Shown piece by piece: positions 37,301-48,723 of a stretch of DNA of 48,723 nucleotides; the stretch's first letter is position 1, and each line of letters starts with the position of its first letter. Position numbers and translations under genes: made by a program. The stretch comes from Octopus bimaculoides. Lineage: Eukaryota. The notes under the pieces were generated by a model. It was not told the DNA's origin and did not search any database. It saw nothing but the letters and a program-made list of their open reading frames with translations. The stretch lies in the NCBI RefSeq assembly GCF_001194135.2, contig NC_068984.1:144285140-144333862 (forward strand), given 5' to 3'.

Positions 37301-37413
37301 GTATTGAACAAGCCATGACTTGATCTTAAGTTCACAGTTTATCTTTCTTAATCATGTTCATTTTATCAGTTGACATTAAAGTTGTATGGACATGTATTAA
37401 TTGTTGCTGTTGT

Positions 37414-37577
37414 CAGGGTCGTCTTAGAAGCAATATAGGCCCTCGGGCAGATCAATGCACTGGGTCCTCTGGTATTTACTGAGAGCAAGTCGCAATATGC
37501 ATAGATCAGAATTAGGCCTCTACACCCGTAAGACCCCTGGGCCTTACCCAGTGCGCCGATGCTTTGAGAGGGCCCTG
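37414..37577. mobile_element. hAT-like MITE, 164 bp
   Basis: TIRs CAGGGTCGTCTTAGAAGCA / TGCTTTGAGAGGGCCCTG; 8-bp flanks GCTGTTGT / ACTGTTAT (6/8). Confidence 0.75.
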
Positions 37578-38272
37578 ACTGTTATTGTTCTTTAGTTCTA
37601 TGCAAACTCTGATACGACAGGGCTGTCAATGGTTTTAGATCTGTGACATCCGATCTTTTATTTCGACATAATCCCCCAAATTATTTTCGGGCTTTCGCCT
37701 TTAGTTTCAGGTACATGCAACTGGGATTGCTTGTGAAACCGAAACAAGCCCGAGATATACAAAAATAGACGTGGGTGCCATGAGTAAACGAAACGAATGT
37801 ACAATTGCATTCTCTCTATTTTAATTGCTAAATAGCCTAATATTTGGAAGTTATTACACTGGCATCGTAGAAAAAAGAAAAGATTTCTTATAAAAGAAAT
37901 ATATTTGAAAGTAATTGCAAATTGAAAACTCATTTTGAAACACACTTATATTCTTTCGAAAAAACATTACACTATTCAGCAAAAGCTGTAATTATGACAT
38001 TAAATAAGTGACTTTCCAGTCTTTACATATTCGTTTCGCTTACTCGGAATATCCAAGACTAATTTTGTATTTACTCAGATTGTTTTGGTTTCGCTATCTG
38101 TCCTGCGTGTATATATGCCTAAAAACCAAAGACTGCCAAAGCAAAATATCAACTGCATATATTATTTAATGTGTCCTTCCTATTTTTTAAAAATATCACG
38201 GTGAGATTTGCTCAAACAGAATTTGGTAGCCATTTCTAGTAAATCACTCAACGACTTAGTTTACAATAAGGA

Positions 38273-38425
38273 TTTCAGATTTTAGCCCAAGGCCAGCAAT
38301 CTCTGAGGGAAGTGGATTGCTCTATTACATCGACCTCAGTATTTGACTGGTACTTCATTTTAACAACCCCGAAAGGATGAAAGGCTGAGTTAACCTCAGC
38401 AGAGGCTCTAACCATTCTGCCACTC
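38273..38425 (-). mobile_element. tRNA-derived SINE, antisense
   Basis: ctggtacttcattttaacaaccccgaaaggatgaaagg is the reverse complement of the family core. Confidence 0.8.
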
Positions 38426-38589
38426 TTCACCTTCACAGCTACCAACATCGTTCTCATAACTATCACCATCATGAAACCACATATGGTCACTCGATTTGCT
38501 AGAAATATCAACCAAACTTCCTTCAAATCACATCCTATTGTCTTTTAAAAGGAAGGACAACACATTAAACAGACTTGTTTGAGATACGC

Positions 38590-38745
38590 CATCATCGTTT
38601 AGTGTCCGTATTTCATATTGGCGTAGGTTGGATGGTTTGACAGGATCCGAAAGACCACAGGACTGTATCGAGTTCCACAGTTTTGGCACCGTTTCTATAG
38701 TTGGATGCCCTTCCTAACACCAACCACCGAGTGTACTGGGTGCTT
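38590..38745 (-). mobile_element. SINE/LINE-tail repeat, antisense copy
   Basis: ttggatgcccttcctaacaccaaccacc. Confidence 0.75.
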
Positions 38746-39489
38746 TTTTTTTTTTACACACTCTCTCAGACTCAAAGACAAGGGTAGTTATGGCTACAAA
38801 ATTTGTACTTGGTTCAGACACAACAATGGACATGACACATTAAGTTCCATTATCAACTGCACCCCTGTTGTCCTTCAAAGGATGTCCAGAGGTCCCTTTT
38901 GATAATTTAGCTGACTCTTGTGATCAACTGGTGGTGGGGGGTACGGGGCACTGTAGAGATTCTTACTGGCCACTCTGCTTACGTGATTGTTCATCGTGTT
39001 AGAAATAGCAGCTAAATTTTCCCTCAAACCATATCTAACTACTTAAAAACATGAGATATTACAAATGTTGTTCTAAATCCATAATGTCTGAAACCAAAAT
39101 GCCAGCCAGAGAGTCTCTCCCATGCTACCGCTGCCAACTGTGAATGCTATGGCTGCTGTTGTTAACAAGTGAGTCCTGAGGCAAAAGATTACAACTGAAA
39201 CAGTAGCTGCAACTACAACAACTACAACAACAACAACCGTAGCTACAATAACTGAAGCAGCAACAATGATTAAGACAAGCTTAATCCATTATCCCCACCA
39301 GCTCTACCATCGCCCTACCTCACCACCACCAGCACCAACACACTATCACCATGACAACTGTCATTAGATACCAGTAATATTCTAGAGTAAAGGGTCTACA
39401 GAGTCCATACATACCTCTGCATCCAAATGCCAAAGCCTTTATGTGGTCACTCTATATGGTAGAAATAGCAGCCAAATCACCCTTAAATC

Positions 39490-39760
39490 ATGTCTTCTAA
39501 CACTGTCTTCAGCATCTTCATTATCATCATTATTATTGTTGTCATCATCCTCGTCGTCATCATCATCATCATCATTGTCATCATCAGCAGCAGCAGCAGC
39601 ACCATCCTCATCGATCATTATTGTTATCATCATCATCAGCAGCAGCATCATCGTCTTCATCATCATCATCAACATCAGCAACATCATCGTCATCATCATC
39701 ATCGTCGTCATCATCATCATCGTCATCATCATCATCATCATCACCAACAGCAACAGCCAT
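39490..39760. repeat. Imperfect (CAT/CAG)n trinucleotide array
   Basis: Direct reading; source of spurious poly-H/I/S ORFs. Confidence 0.95.
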
Positions 39761-42447
39761 TTAAACTATCATCAAATTTGAATGTGTCAGAATGCATGAT
39801 AATATTAATCCCAAGATTAAGATTAGTCTGAAGCTTGTGATTCAGATTAAGATGAGTCAGAAGCAAGGATTAACATGAAAGATGAAGAACAAATCTTAGC
39901 ATCAATAAGGGACCATCTCTATGGGACTATAACTGATGTTGTTGGTGTTGTTGTTGTTGTTTAACTCCAGGTAAATCTTGTAGTCTCCTTCTTCTCCTTC
40001 CACCCTGCCTACATTGCCAGGGATTGGGTGTTGGTGAAGAACAAGCAACAGAGAAGACCATGGAAAGCATAATGAAAGATATTTTTATCAGAATTATTTG
40101 GCACCATCCCTAAACTTCAACTCACTACCTGGGAATTGATCTCAGATCACTATGTTCAGCAGTAAAGACAACTAAGCAACATAAACAAGATTCTGTCGAA
40201 GAATGATGACATCAGCAAAAAGTGACCATTCAGATCTCTTGTAGAAACAGGATGTCATTAACAGTTTTGCCTTTGGTGTCTTTTGTTTGACAGACCATTA
40301 CCTATGTAGGGGATTTGTTTATCTACTAACTGGTCAGTGGTCACAGCCCAACAAAGATCACAGCTGCATGAATTTACATCACTCAACATTGACTACAGTC
40401 TACTATCATTGCTGGCATACATCTCACACAAACTGTTGAACTGTTTCACTTGGTTTAAATATCTGTTTTTCTGTTGTTTGTTGCAACAACAACGTTTTTG
40501 ATAATGATTAATAAAGACTTTGTATCTGGAACTTCATACAGGCTTCTCTTCTCCATCCTTCAACACCATGCAAAATATCCTATCAGTACACATTTATGAA
40601 AGACTTATGAGTAATGGGAGTTACCTACAGTAGTGCCAGAAGATGGTAAGTGACAGGATCGAAAGGAGACAACTCATAAGTTGATGTCTTCATGGTCAAA
40701 GACAGGCCAGCTGTGACCAGCACATCTTTTCAAAAGTATTTTACGTTATCTAATATGTGAAAGGGTTAAACTGCAGTGTGATAACAGAAGAGTGTGGAAA
40801 AGAAAATGTTAAATAAAAGGTGAGTAATTTATTTTTTATTTGTTTCAGTCACTGGACTGCAACCAGACTGGGGCACTGCTTTGAAGATAAAAGGCAGAAT
40901 TCACCTCAGAATGCAGAGAGTTAAAACAAACACCATGAGGCATTTTGTCCAACACACAATTCACTTTGTTCTCTATTTAGAGGAGGAGGTGTAGGAGGAG
41001 GAGGAGAAGAAGAAGAAGAAAATGAAGAAGAAGAAGAAGAAGAAGAAGAGGAGGAGGAGAAAAAGGAGACAAAAATACATATTAGCTAATACTTGAGAAA
41101 AAATTTCAAAACTAAGAAGAAAACATGCAAAAAGAAAATGGTAAAGTTGAAAATGTCAGTGCCTGCTTCTGCGATTCCTTATCCATTCCTTGATTATCTG
41201 ACAAGATATGTCCACAAACCAAACATTAGCAGAGATAATTTGAAATTTGAGTGGATGGCCTCCTAAATTCTACAACCTGGTGTAACTGTAACCGTAACAA
41301 AAGTAGGGGGGGGTAAGTAACGAGTGAAGGGGGCTGTTGTTTGTGTATCAACTCCACATAGGTTGGACCCAGTTCTAAAGAACCCCACCCATCTCAATAG
41401 TAACAGACTAGCGGGTGTGTGGGTGGGTGGTTTGGTGCGTAGAGATAAGGGTGGAGAGAGGTGGAACGACTGAAACGATATGTAATCTAACCGATGGAAT
41501 TGGTGAAGAAGGAACTGTAAGAGTAAACGTTTTAAAGGGTCCCTTGATGGGAAGTAAATGACATTACATAAGTTGAACTCAACAAGATTTTCTCTGGCAG
41601 CACTTATCAATGGAATATGTCCGTTCAGTTGTTTACAATCAGTACCATATGTTTACACCCATACATACACACACAGAAGCACAGGCACACACACACACAC
41701 ACACACATATAAACATACATATACACACAGTAGGGGGTGGAAAATAGCTGTGGTGAAGGTAGACTTTGGTAATTAGTGATGGCAGCAGTAGGGGATAAAG
41801 CAGAGTAGCAGAGATTACGGTGGTGGTGGTGGAAACTAGATAATGGTAGAAGTCGCCAGATGATAAATTGGTTATTGTTGTTTTTTTATTTAACCCCCCT
41901 AAACGAACCTATGAAGCAGATCTATGGTCAAAGACATTCCAACAGTGACCATCCCATCTTTTTAAGAAATATGGAACTATTAATACATTGTCTCATATGT
42001 TTTTTTTTCCCCCTTATCTGAGATGACAAAGTGTAAGTCAAAACAGATTTGGTTGCTATTTCTAGCAGTAAGACTGATGCAGTTGATGTTCAAACCATCC
42101 AAAATTCATGAGATTAATGTGACTGATACTCATGCTTTCTATGACTGGTGAGACTGATGTAATTGATGCTTAGGTCCTCCAAGAAGAGTGAGGTTAATGT
42201 TTATTTTGAATCTCTATTGGTTAATACCTGGAATAAAAACATGTCCAAGGAAGGAACTTGAGGTTTGCATTGAACGATGCCAATGGGACAAACTCTGTGA
42301 AAAGCACCCAACTATCAGGTGGTGTTGTTCTACTTAGAACCAAGTTGTTCTTCATTAAGAAGATTAATGAACACAGTCATTCCAGCCATGACCTTCTCAT
42401 AATTTTGTAATTAATATTACATAAAGCAACTTTGAATAAAACCTTTC

Positions 42448-42650
42448 TCATCTTTCAGTGCCATGTCCAGAATGTAGGACAATGGTGATCATGTCCTGCC
42501 ACAATTGTCCGTTCTTTGTTTCCTGTAACAATTCCACTTCCTGATGTTTTAATGCTTCTTTCTTCCAACCATTTCTTCAAGCTTGGCATCCATATCATCC
42601 TTCTCCTTTCTCTGCTTCTTTTCCCGTCAATCTTTTGCCAAACTGCTTAG
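42448..42650 (-). mobile_element. RTE-type LINE extreme C-terminus
   Basis: IDGKRSRERRRMIWMPSLKKWL, then frameshift, then ELLQETKNGQLWQDMITIVLHSGHGTER*. Confidence 0.8.
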
Positions 42651-42730
42651 TTACACACCAACACCAGTTGCTAAGCAGAGGGTAGGGGACAAGCACAGAC
42701 ACAAAGACAAACAGACACACACACACACAC

Positions 42731-42768
<38 letters not shown>

Positions 42769-43017
42769 NNNNNNNNNNNNNNNNNNNNNNNNNNNNNNNN
42801 NNNNNNNNNNNNNNNNNNNNNNNNNNNNNNNNNNNNNNNNNNNNNNNNNNNNNNNNNNNNNNNNNNATTCATATGACGAGCTTCTTTCAGCTTCCATTTA
42901 CCAAATCCACTCAAGAGGCACTTGCCCAAGGTGTCACACAGTGGAACTGAACCCAGAACCATATGGTTCAGAAGCAAACTTCTTACCACAGAGCCAGACC
43001 TGTGTTCAACTCTAATA

Positions 43018-43485
43018 TTGGGTTGGTGCATAATTATTGCGGCTTTTTTTCAACAAATTTTATTCAACAAAAGCAATAACAATATTTAACAAAAGCATTG
43101 TTAAATGACGGTGTGACCGTCTGCCAAGCAAGTGGGAAGCAGTAATTGAAGGAGATGGTAAGTATGCTCTGGAATAATCATTTAAAGATGTTTTTGTTAC
43201 ATGTTATTCATCATCATCATCATCATCGTTTAACGTCCGCTTTCCATGCTAGCATGGGTTGGACGATTTGACTGAGGACTGGTGAACCAGATGGCTACAC
43301 CAGGCTTCAATCTGATTTGGCATAGTATCTACAGCTGGATGCCCTTCCTAACGCCAACCACTCCAAGAGTGTATTGGGTGCTTTTACGTGCCACTGGCAT
43401 GAGGGCCAGTCAGGCAGTACTGGCAACGGTTTTTGTTAAATAAAATTTGTTGAAACAAAGCTACAATAATTATGCATCAACCCAG
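43018..43485 (+). mobile_element. Internally deleted mariner element (MITE) with nested SINE
   Basis: TA|TTGGGTTGGTGCATAATTATTGCGGC ... GCTACAATAATTATGCATCAACCCAG|TA; transposase C-terminus RLPSKWEAVIEGDGKYALE* at 43118-43177. Confidence 0.9.
43200..43428 (-). mobile_element. 5'-truncated SINE/LINE-tail repeat inserted into the mariner MITE
   Basis: 10-bp TSD GTTTTTGTTA at 43190-43199 and 43429-43438. Confidence 0.9.
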
Positions 43486-43650
43486 TATATATTGCGTTTT
43501 TAACACAAATCTTAAAGAGATTTTTCTCTCAGACAAAAGCCACAGCATCACGCTTTTCAGAGGTGTATATACATTTAGTATGATACACAAATGTCATTTC
43601 AACGGTATTCACCAAAATTGAGTTTTCTTTCTTTTTTATTTTATATTACT

Positions 43651-44007
43651 TATAGCTGCCTTTATTATTTTATAATTTTCACATTAGCATTTTGCTAAAT
43701 CGACCATAAATTTTTATGGTAAATATACATGGTGACAGTCTAGATTTAGCCAAACCATTCAGTAATGGAGTAGTCACTGCTGATGAGCTTGTAATTTTTC
43801 AGGCAAAACTAGTCCCACCTAGTGATCTAGCTTTGCTTATGGGGCAGTCATCTCCCCTGCCAGTATAAGAAAATGTGCTTTCTAGCAGCTCTAAAAGTTT
43901 TTAACTCTTATTTCTAGCAATATAAGTGTTACCCTGCACCCTCAGTCAGAATTAGTGACAATTGAATTCTTCCTTTTTGGTTTTATATAGCATATAGCTG
44001 CCTCCAT

Positions 44008-44016
<9 letters not shown>
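43651..44016 (+). mobile_element. 342-bp terminally redundant unit with a hammerhead motif (retrozyme/pLTR-like)
   Basis: 24-bp direct repeat (22/24) at 43651-43674 and 43993-44016; internal hairpins; hammerhead-like fold at 43771-43829. Confidence 0.55.
43771..43829 (+). ncRNA. Type I hammerhead ribozyme motif, G12 mutated to A
   Basis: CUGAUGA 43780-43786; stem II GCUUG/CAGGC; AAAA in place of GAAA; palindromic stem III ACUAGU; GUC triplet 43812-43814; bulged stem I UAGUCACU/AGUGA(U)CUA. Confidence 0.6.
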
Positions 44017-44056
<40 letters not shown>

Positions 44057-44170
44057 TATATTATATATTATATTATTTATCATTATCATCATTATATCTA
44101 TGCAAATATATTTACATATATATATACATATATGTGCACACGAACATATATATATTCATATATATATATA

Positions 44171-44221
<51 letters not shown>

Positions 44222-44559
44222 GTATGTATATATATATATATGTATGTATGTGTATATATATATATATACACCTTACCCTTGGGGAGTAAGCTTAAGCCTG
44301 CACCACTGTTCTCCTATCTCCGCACTTGTATCATCATTTCTATCTTCAAAGAATTTCTCTGCTGAAATCTAAAGGGACATTGCCAGAATAGCACATGGTG
44401 CCGGTGCCTGCCGTAGATAAATATTTACATACAATATGTTGATAACAAAAGATGTTCAGAGGTGGGGGTTGGTGACTGGGGTGGGGAGTCCTTCAACCAG
44501 GTACCAACAGCACAACTATCACAACCAGTAACATCATTCTCCATGTACGACAACAACAA

Positions 44560-44780
44560 CACATGCCTTCACCATGGCACACCACCACCACCACCACCAC
44601 CACCATGACCATCGCCTCCACTGTCATCACCATAAAACCAACAGCACTACCACCACCACCACTGCCACCACCGCCACAGCCATTACCACTACCACCACCA
44701 CCATCAATACCAACACCATCATCATTATCATCACCACCACCATCACCACTGCCACCACCACCACCACCACTAATGAAGCC
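44560..44780. repeat. Imperfect (CAC/CAT)n array
   Basis: Direct reading. Confidence 0.9.
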
Positions 44781-45506
44781 TACCACTAAAAACATACATT
44801 ATCATCAGAAATCAACTAGAAATAGCAGCTAAATCCAACTCAAATAATTCCCCCCCCCCCATTTAAAAAAAAACACATTTTATTGTATAGTTCTGGTTAC
44901 ACACACAATACCTGGTGGTCACAATAGAGATGGTCGCACAATAACTATATACTACCACACTACCATAACAACCATAGATACCACTACAACCAAACACGAC
45001 AAGTACAACCATACCATCACCACCATACTGCCATCCCTACCATTTTCCACCATCACAACTATAGATATTATCACATTGATATACTACCACAGCAACTTAA
45101 ACTCTAATCCATACACTGCTACCACAACTGTATACTACCACCTCTACCATACATTATTACCAGACTTTGCTGTACCACCATGACCACTCACTAGCACATA
45201 CGCGTATAATCGTATGTTGTGGTGTTGATGAGATCAGCAGCAGCAGCACCAGTAGTAGCAGCAAAATTGTTTAATGTCCACTTTTCCATGCTTGTATGGC
45301 TTGGGCAGAATTTGTTGTGGTAGATTTTTCTACAACCAGGTGCCCTTCCTGTTGCCAACCCTGACCTGTTGCCAAATAAGGTAATATATATATATCTCCA
45401 TGACCAGACATGTTTACACAGACTCAAAGGACACTGCTTGCATGACAGTCACACTCGTTTACGACTATCACTGGAAGTCAAGACAAGGAGACAATAATAC
45501 ACACAC

Positions 45507-45545
<39 letters not shown>

Positions 45546-45966
45546 TATATATNNNNNNNNNNNNNNNNNNNNNNNNNNNNNNNNNNNNNNNNNNNNNNNN
45601 NNNNNNNNNNNNNNNNNNNNNNNNNNNNNNNNNNNNNNNNNNNNNNNNNNNNNNNNNNNNNNNNNNNNNNNNNNNNNNNNNNNNNNNNNNNNNNNNNNNN
45701 NNNNNNNNNNNNNNNNNNNNNNNNNNNNNNNNNNNNNNNNNNNNNNNNNNNNNNNNNNNNNNNNNNNNNNNNNNNNNNNNNNNNNNNNNNNNNNNNNNNN
45801 NNNNNNNNNNNNNNNNNNNNNNNNNNNNNNNNNNNNNNNNNNNNNNNNNNNNNNNNNNNNNNNNNNNNNNNNNNNNNNNNNNNNNNNNNNNNNNNNNNNN
45901 NNNNNNNNNNNNNNNNNNNNNNNNNNNNNNNNNNNNNNNNNNNNNNNNNNNNNNNNNNNNNNNNNN

Positions 45967-46009
<43 letters not shown>

Positions 46010-46844
46010 GCATTTATATGACAAACTTTTTCCAAGTTTCCATTTACCAAATACACTTACAAAGCTTTAGTTGTCCTAGGACTGTAGAAGAGATACTTAC
46101 CCAAGGTTGCATCCAGTAGAACTGAACCTAAAACTTAGTGATTGAGAAGCAAACTTCTTAGCGCAGAGCCATACCTGCACCTATATCCACATTTATTTAA
46201 ACCATCTTGCTTCTTATCATATTGTTTCACCTGATATAGTTGTTTTTACCTGTCTTTGCTATTTTTGGAGGGGTTTTTGTGTCACGTGTTGTTTCGTGTA
46301 GTTTTATGTTCTTCAGTTTTCAATTTTATCCCCTAACCCTAGTTGACCTAGTTATGTAGGTTCGTTCCATTACCTGGTGTAGTTCTGGATCAAGTTTTAA
46401 TTGCTTCTATTGTCTTATTTAATTTTATCATTAACGGATTATAAGGGTCATATATCTAAATGGATCGAGATCAAGGTTTTAGATTGTTATTAGTGTCAGT
46501 TCATTAGAAATTAAATGGTTGAGGGATTAATTGGTTTAGGCGCTAGCTAGCAATTACATGATGGTGGATTTGTGACAAATGTAAAACACACATATTGTAA
46601 AAGTCTGAAACTCCAATCAGGAAGAGAACATGTATACCACAAAAGGGTGCCAGTAACGTGAATGAGATGGGCTCAATTTTTCATTACACATGAACAGAGA
46701 TAGGATAGCGGTAATTATAATGGGTTGAGTAACGAATACTAATTGTATAAAAAATGCATTAACATGTGTATGAGAGTGTATTTATATATATATATATATA
46801 TGGAATTTGAACTCAGAACGTAACGGCAGACAAAATACCCAGTA

Positions 46845-46998
46845 TGCTCTGTAAAGTGGTTGGCATTAGGAAGGGCATCCAGCTGTAGAAACCAAGCCAA
46901 AACAGACAATGGAACCTGGTGTGGTCCCTGGCCTGACCAGTTCCTGTCAAACTGACCAACCTATGCCAACATGGAAGATAGATGTTAAATGACGATGA
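46845..46998 (+). mobile_element. SINE/LINE-tail repeat, sense copy
   Basis: gtggttggcattaggaagggcatccagctgtagaaacc..gatgttaaatgacgatgatg. Confidence 0.85.
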
Positions 46999-46999
46999 T

Positions 47000-47195
47000 G
47001 ACAACTACTAATACTGCTGTCACTGCTACTACAACTATTGCTACTACTACTACTACTACTACTGCTACTACTGCTACTACTATTGCTATTGCTACTACTA
47101 CTACTACTACTACTACTATTGCTATTGCTACTACTACTACTACTACTACTACTACTATTGCTATTGCTACTGCTACTACTACTACTACTACTGCT
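47000..47195. repeat. (CTA)n array with recurring ttgcta interruptions
   Basis: Direct reading. Confidence 0.95.
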
Positions 47196-47561
47196 AAATG
47201 GAAATGAAATTAGAAAATATCACCACACTTGCTCTAACACCATTACCACCATACCACCACCACCACCACCAACATCACTATCACCATCAGTACCACTACA
47301 ACCATCATATCATCACTACCCCCCATCGCCTCCAACCATCCTCCATTGGAGGTGGTGGTGGTGGTCGGTTTGGTGGTGGTGGTGGGGCGGGGGTATATAA
47401 ACTGCTACAGTATTACGGTCTAAATAAACAATTCCAGTCACACAGTTATGGTGAAAAACAGAGAAATAGCTGACCTGAAACAAATAGAGAGAATGGACAG
47501 TAAATACACAGTAACTTTTTGGCATTGTGTGTGTATATATATGTATGTATATGTGTGTATG

Positions 47562-47624
<63 letters not shown>

Positions 47625-47964
47625 TGATACATATGAACATACATACACACACACTCTCTCTCTCTCTCTCTGTATTGCATGGGTATTAAATGTGGAAGCA
47701 TCAATGCTAAGATTAGAAGGAAAGGAAGGGAGGAAGGTGTGTTGCAGGTGTAAGGAACAATGGGAAAGAGGTGAGAAAAGGGAAGAACAACATGGAAATG
47801 AGGCACCATTTATGCAAATTAATTGCAGGGTGTAAGAAGAAGAATGGAGTCGGTAATGGTGTGCGATGCAAAGGAAGAATGATGATTTTGTGCAAAGTGT
47901 CACATTAGTGGTGACAACAACATTTAGCTTCTGTTTTTTTTTGTACTGGTATGGATTGAATGAT

Positions 47965-48130
47965 TTAATGGGAACTAGCATGGCCAGGAGCTGCACCAGG
48001 GTCCATAATCTGTTTTGGTTTGCTTTCTACAGCTGGATGCCCTTCCTAATGCCAACCACTTTACAGAGTGTACTGGGTGCTTTTTTTATGTGGCACCATC
48101 ACCAGTGCCTTTTACATGGTACCAGCACCC
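47965..48130 (-). mobile_element. SINE/LINE-tail repeat, antisense copy
   Basis: cagctggatgcccttcctaatgccaaccactttacagagtgtactgggtgc. Confidence 0.85.
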
Positions 48131-48164
48131 ACATCAATGCTTTCTACGTAGCACTTTAGTTTTC

Positions 48165-48420
48165 CGATCTCGATTCTGTTGTGATGAATGGGTCTTCCTG
48201 AGTGCTGCAATGCACCACATATCTCAGTCCCCTTTTATTTCCTTTGTAAGGTTCAGAATTTTGCGATCAGCCTTCAATTCTTCATCCCATATCTTCCTGT
48301 ATCTCTCTCTTCCACGACTTCCCTCCAGTGATCAGCACTTCTTTATGCAACTGTCCTCATCTATCCACATCACATCACCAAACCAGTGCTGTCTTCTCCG
48401 TTGCACACTGCTTAAAGAAT
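48165..48420 (-). mobile_element. RTE-type LINE 3' end fragment
   Basis: QRRRQHWFGDVMWIDEDSCIKKC*SLEGSRGRERYRKIWDEELKADRKILNLTKE. Confidence 0.85.
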
Positions 48421-48522
48421 TCCTCTTATGCTCAACTTCTCTCTCACTACACCAGAGCTTGTAATCGAGTCACCCTCTTCCACAAGAATTTCAGGCCTTG
48501 TGCCAATACTAGAAACAATTGT

Positions 48523-48687
48523 CAAACTGGCAGAATCGTTAGTATGCCAGACAAATTGCTTAGCAGCATGCCTTCCAGCTCTTTATGCTCTGAGTTCAAA
48601 TCCTACCAAGGTCAACTTTGCTTTTCGTCCTTTTGGGGTTGAGAAAATAAGTACCAGTTATGGACTGGAGTCAATGTAATCAACTTA
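48523..48687 (+). mobile_element. tRNA-derived SINE
   Basis: ctggcagaatcgttag, gagttcaaatcc, cttttcgtccttttggggttgagaaaataagtaccag. Confidence 0.85.
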
Positions 48688-48723
48688 TATATATATGTAT
48701 AAATATATATATTTATACATATA

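Noticed and set aside
40631-40645. Plus-strand 15-nt microexon candidate (xVPED)
   Set aside because: Strong donor but no pyrimidine tract and no partner exons
42458-42545. Plus-strand acceptor followed by PCPECRTMVIMSCHNCPF (zinc-finger-like)
   Set aside because: It is the antisense of a clear RTE LINE C-terminus
18760-46119. Long ORFs containing X runs or poly-YI/CV/H/T/L tracts
   Set aside because: They arise from N gaps and di/trinucleotide microsatellites

Overview
AT-rich (eukaryotic) genomic DNA crowded with microsatellites and containing 7 N-gaps. The repeat motifs match my recollection of Octopus (coleoid cephalopod) SINEs and LINEs, which is inference rather than a database result. 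Almost all ORFs in the supplied track are artefacts of microsatellites, N-runs or antisense repeats. Most of the window is intronic/intergenic and holds many transposon types: tRNA-derived SINEs, RTE-type LINE 3' remnants, TTAA piggyBac-like MITEs, 8-bp-TSD hAT MITEs, a mariner MITE with a nested SINE, a Helentron/HINE-like element and a (TAA)n-embedded element. A minus-strand gene of unknown identity appears to cross the window: a probable first coding exon at 35046-34960, candidate microexons of 8, 35 and 15 nt, and a candidate internal TATA/Inr promoter. The most notable observations are two unrelated repeat units carrying type I hammerhead-ribozyme folds: a tRNA-headed element with an inverted partial copy of its own 3' end (16238-16584), and a 342-bp terminally redundant, retrozyme-like unit (43651-44016).
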